From assembly GCA_009602735.1 (NCBI GenBank), contig WELA01002483.1, forward strand, positions 41,003-105,002: a DNA stretch of 64,000 nucleotides. The letters are read 5' to 3'. The position numbers and the translations under genes were made by a program. Each line of letters begins with the position of its first letter. The stretch's first letter is position 1. Below, one piece after another: positions 61,023 through 64,000 of the stretch. The DNA is from Mesotaenium endlicherianum. Taxonomy: Eukaryota. Under the pieces are notes generated by a model. That model ran no database searches. It saw only the letters and a program-made list of their open reading frames with translations, and was not told where the DNA came from.

Positions 61023-64000
61023 TGAAATGAATTGACTTACCAAATAAGCGATTAACAATCAATAAAGATCTTTATATCAGCAAGTAATCTTTATGGTATT
61101 TCCGTTATCTGTTTAAACGGCAAAGGACAATACACTAGCAGGGAAAAATACTCGTAAGTCAAATGCGAGTAAAGTAGCATCAATAATGCAAATCAGTATA
61201 CTCATACATAAGCAAGGTTAGAAGACAGTGCGTATCAATGGCTTCTTGCCTTGGATTCATATCGCTCTCAGTAAGCTGTACAAGGGAGTTGGCCTCGTTT
61301 CTGAATGCCAAACTCGAGAGCAATGCCTAGCATATGTACATGGAATGAGTTTACTGTTCAACGGTCAGTGCGATGGCACCGCCTACCCGGGAGTTAACCA
61401 CGTTGATAGGACCTCGGTTAACCAAATCCACCGCCATCTCCCATCATCCCGAATCGCCATCCATCATAGGGATGTCATCTGGCCATTCATCTAGCATACC
61501 ACACTTAGATGCATATCGAGGCAGTTCGCTGCTACCGAGTACGGAAGTCAGCTGGCTGTCAAAGAATGTGTCAGCAAGCTGACTTAAGCTGACTTCAGCC
61601 TGCTGCTTTCGGCTGAGTCATTAAACTGATAATTATGTAAAGTCCAGCAGACTGACTATTAACTAAAGTTCAGCAGGCTGAACTTAATTAACTATTATAT
61701 TTAAATGAATATTATATCCACTAATATACTGATTCATTACAANNNNNNNNNNNNNNNNNNNNNNNNNNNNNNNNNNNNNNNNNNNNNNNNNNNNNNNNNN
61801 NNNNNNNNNNNNNNNNNNNNNNNNNNNNNNNNNNNNNNNNNNNNNNNNNNNNNNNNNNNNNNNNNNNNNNNNNNNNNNNNNNNNNNNNNNNNNNNNNNNN
61901 NNNNNNNNNNNNNNNNNNNNNNNNNNNNNNNNNNNNNNNNNNNNNNNNNNNNNNNNNNNNNNNNNNNNNNNNNNNNNNNNNNNNNNNNNNNNNNNNNNNN
62001 NNNNNNNNNNNNNNNNNNNNNNNNNNNNNNNNNNNNNNNNNNNNNNNNNNNNNNNNNNNNNNNNNNNNNNNNNNNNNNNNNNNNNNNNNNNNNNNNNNNN
62101 NNNNNNNNNNNNNNNNNNNNNNNNNNNNNNNNNNNNNNNNNNNNNNNNNNNNNNNNNNNNNNNNNNNNNNNNNNNNNNNNNNNNNNNNNNNNNNNNNNNN
62201 NNNNNNNNNNNNNNNNNNNNNNNNNNNNNNNNNNNNNNNNNNNNNNNNNNNNNNNNNNNNNNNNNNNNNNNNNNNNNNNNNNNNNNNNNNNNNNNNNNNN
62301 NNNNNNNNNNNNNNNNNNNNNNNNNNNNNNNNNNNNNNNNNNNNNNNNNNNNNNNNNNNNNNNNNNNNNNNNNNNNNNNNNNNNNNNNNNNNNNNNNNNN
62401 NNNNNNNNNNNNNNNNNNNNNNNNNNNNNNNNNNNNNNNNNNNNNNNNNNNNNNNNNNNNNNNNNNNNNNNNNNNNNNNNNNNNNNNNNNNNNNNNNNNN
62501 NNNNNNNNNNNNNNNNNNNNNNNNNNNNNNNNNNNNNNNNNNNNNNNNNNNNNNNNNNNNNNNNNNNNNNNNNNNNNNNNNNNNNNNNNNNNNNNNNNNN
62601 NNNNNNNNNNNNGCTTCCCTGGCCAAGTACTCCCAGCTCCTTCTCTCAACTTCATTGTAAGCTGGCAGCAGTGTGAGGTAGAATTCCGTATCCTTAAAGC
62701 TATCGGGCCGCATGCTCACCATCCGGATGAGTCTTTGATCTCCCACTATTCCCGGTTTGGGGACCGGCTTGTCCTCTGAATCATCTGCAAGATACCGGGC
62801 CTGCTCTGCTGTATAGCCCACCATCTTGGCATAGTCTTCGTAGAGGACCACACCAGTGTGTGTCTCGATGTACCTATCCAGTGCTGCAGCTCCTTCCTTC
62901 TGTAGCAGTGTTGTCTGTTCCAGCCTGTTGATCTTCTGGGCTGCCAGCAATGCTTCCTTCAGGTTATCGAAGTTTTGGCCACCCACCACAGTATACCTGT
63001 AAGTGGCCAAGCTCTTCTGTCTGTCCGCTTCAACCTTTTTCCTTTTCTCCTCCTCTGCCGCTGCCGCTTCTTCTTGTTGTTTCTTCTGCCTCTCCTCCTC
63101 AGCTTTCCTGAGGTTATCCGCTTCCTGATCCTTCTTCCTCTGTGCCTCTTCTGCCGCCTCTTGTTGTCTGCGGACCCTTTCCTGTTCTCTCCTGGTGAGG
63201 GACGTCGCCGCCAGCTCCTTCTGGTATTGCTCCATTGTCCTCCTGGCTTCTTCTGCCTTGCGCTTTCTGTCCTCCTTTTGTGTGGTGGGCGCCATCCTGC
63301 ACATGTAACCAGGGCACAAGTTAGTAGGATATGGACCTTTGTCATAGGGATTGCAGGAAGTATGTTAGTATTAGTATAGTGGATTCGATGCTGTTTACCT
63401 TACAGGATGATTGCTAAAAGTTGACGTAGTTGCGATGCGCTAAACATAAACGTATGATTGTGTTGCAGGGTGACTTAAGTGATGTAGTGTTGTGCGAGGC
63501 CCTTTTTTCTTCAGCTCAAGGTGCTTTATGTGGGCTAGGCTGTCCCCTCTGTCGCTATGCTGACACTTATGATTCACGTAACTGTCCCTTTATCGCTCTC
63601 GCTCACTAACTGTCATATATTTCCCCCTCCAACTTAAATGGAGACAAGACCGCCTGTCACCTTCCCGTGTCAACTAAAATGACAGTTATGAAGGGACTCC
63701 AGCGGCCCGAAGGTGGAACTGTTTCAACGCCCCTTTGGCATTGGTCAAGTGGTCCTTCAATTCCCAAGTGTCCCCCGAGGCATCGTAACCCTTCCATCGA
63801 ATGAGGTATTTCATGACATATTTAGACGATCGACGGACCGAGCGAGCGTCTAAAATCTCATCGACCTCATATTCCTCAGGGTCGCCGTCCCGGACAGCGG
63901 GGACCGGTCCCGGTTGGACAGGGAACCGACCTGTGAACAGTGTATCACCTTTGATGTACGGTTCCAGGAAGGAGACATTAAAGACCGGGTGCCCCTTGTA
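61023..64000 (-). mobile_element. Family F1 chromovirus, element G: 3' LTR 61023-61741, gap, extra ORF (ATG 63295), chromodomain/integrase end
   Basis: Reverse F1 LTR; 62613-64000 is a reverse homologue of ~58185-59585. Confidence 0.88.
61743..62612. other. Assembly gap
   Basis: N characters. Confidence 1.

Noticed and set aside
1..64000. CRISPR arrays, rRNA or tRNA genes, hammerhead ribozymes in LTRs
   Set aside because: No repeat-spacer array, cloverleaf or CUGANGA..GAAA core seen; TGGTATC motifs are primer-binding sites only.

Overview
Eukaryotic nuclear DNA, most consistent with a streptophyte (green-plant lineage) genome; this is inferred from the WRKY gene, GT-AG introns, tRNA-iMet-primed chromoviruses and CAG->TAG decay. 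The window has two parts. (1) Genic, 1-~23 kb: the last exons of a WDR11-like gene, two hAT-type MITEs, an intronless two-domain WRKY gene under a dense W-box cluster, and a long multi-exon minus-strand gene for a leishmanolysin/M8-like type-I membrane protein. In that protein the HExxH reads HGIIH, and it carries EGF, Pro-rich, SEA-like and TM segments plus an SG[PQ]L-repeat tail. (2) Transposon block, ~23.9-64 kb: a decayed CRE-type non-LTR element, an intact chromovirus (27433-34112), and a decayed GC-rich Ty3/Gypsy element encoding a C5 DNA methyltransferase between protease and RT plus a C-terminal PHD finger. Six further chromovirus insertions from two families are nested into that last element. 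One of these families (F1) carries an extra ~540-aa ORF of unknown function behind a conserved 5'-UTR intron, and a conserved hairpin-rich LTR core. There are two assembly gaps. All calls come from reading the sequence by eye; no searches were run.
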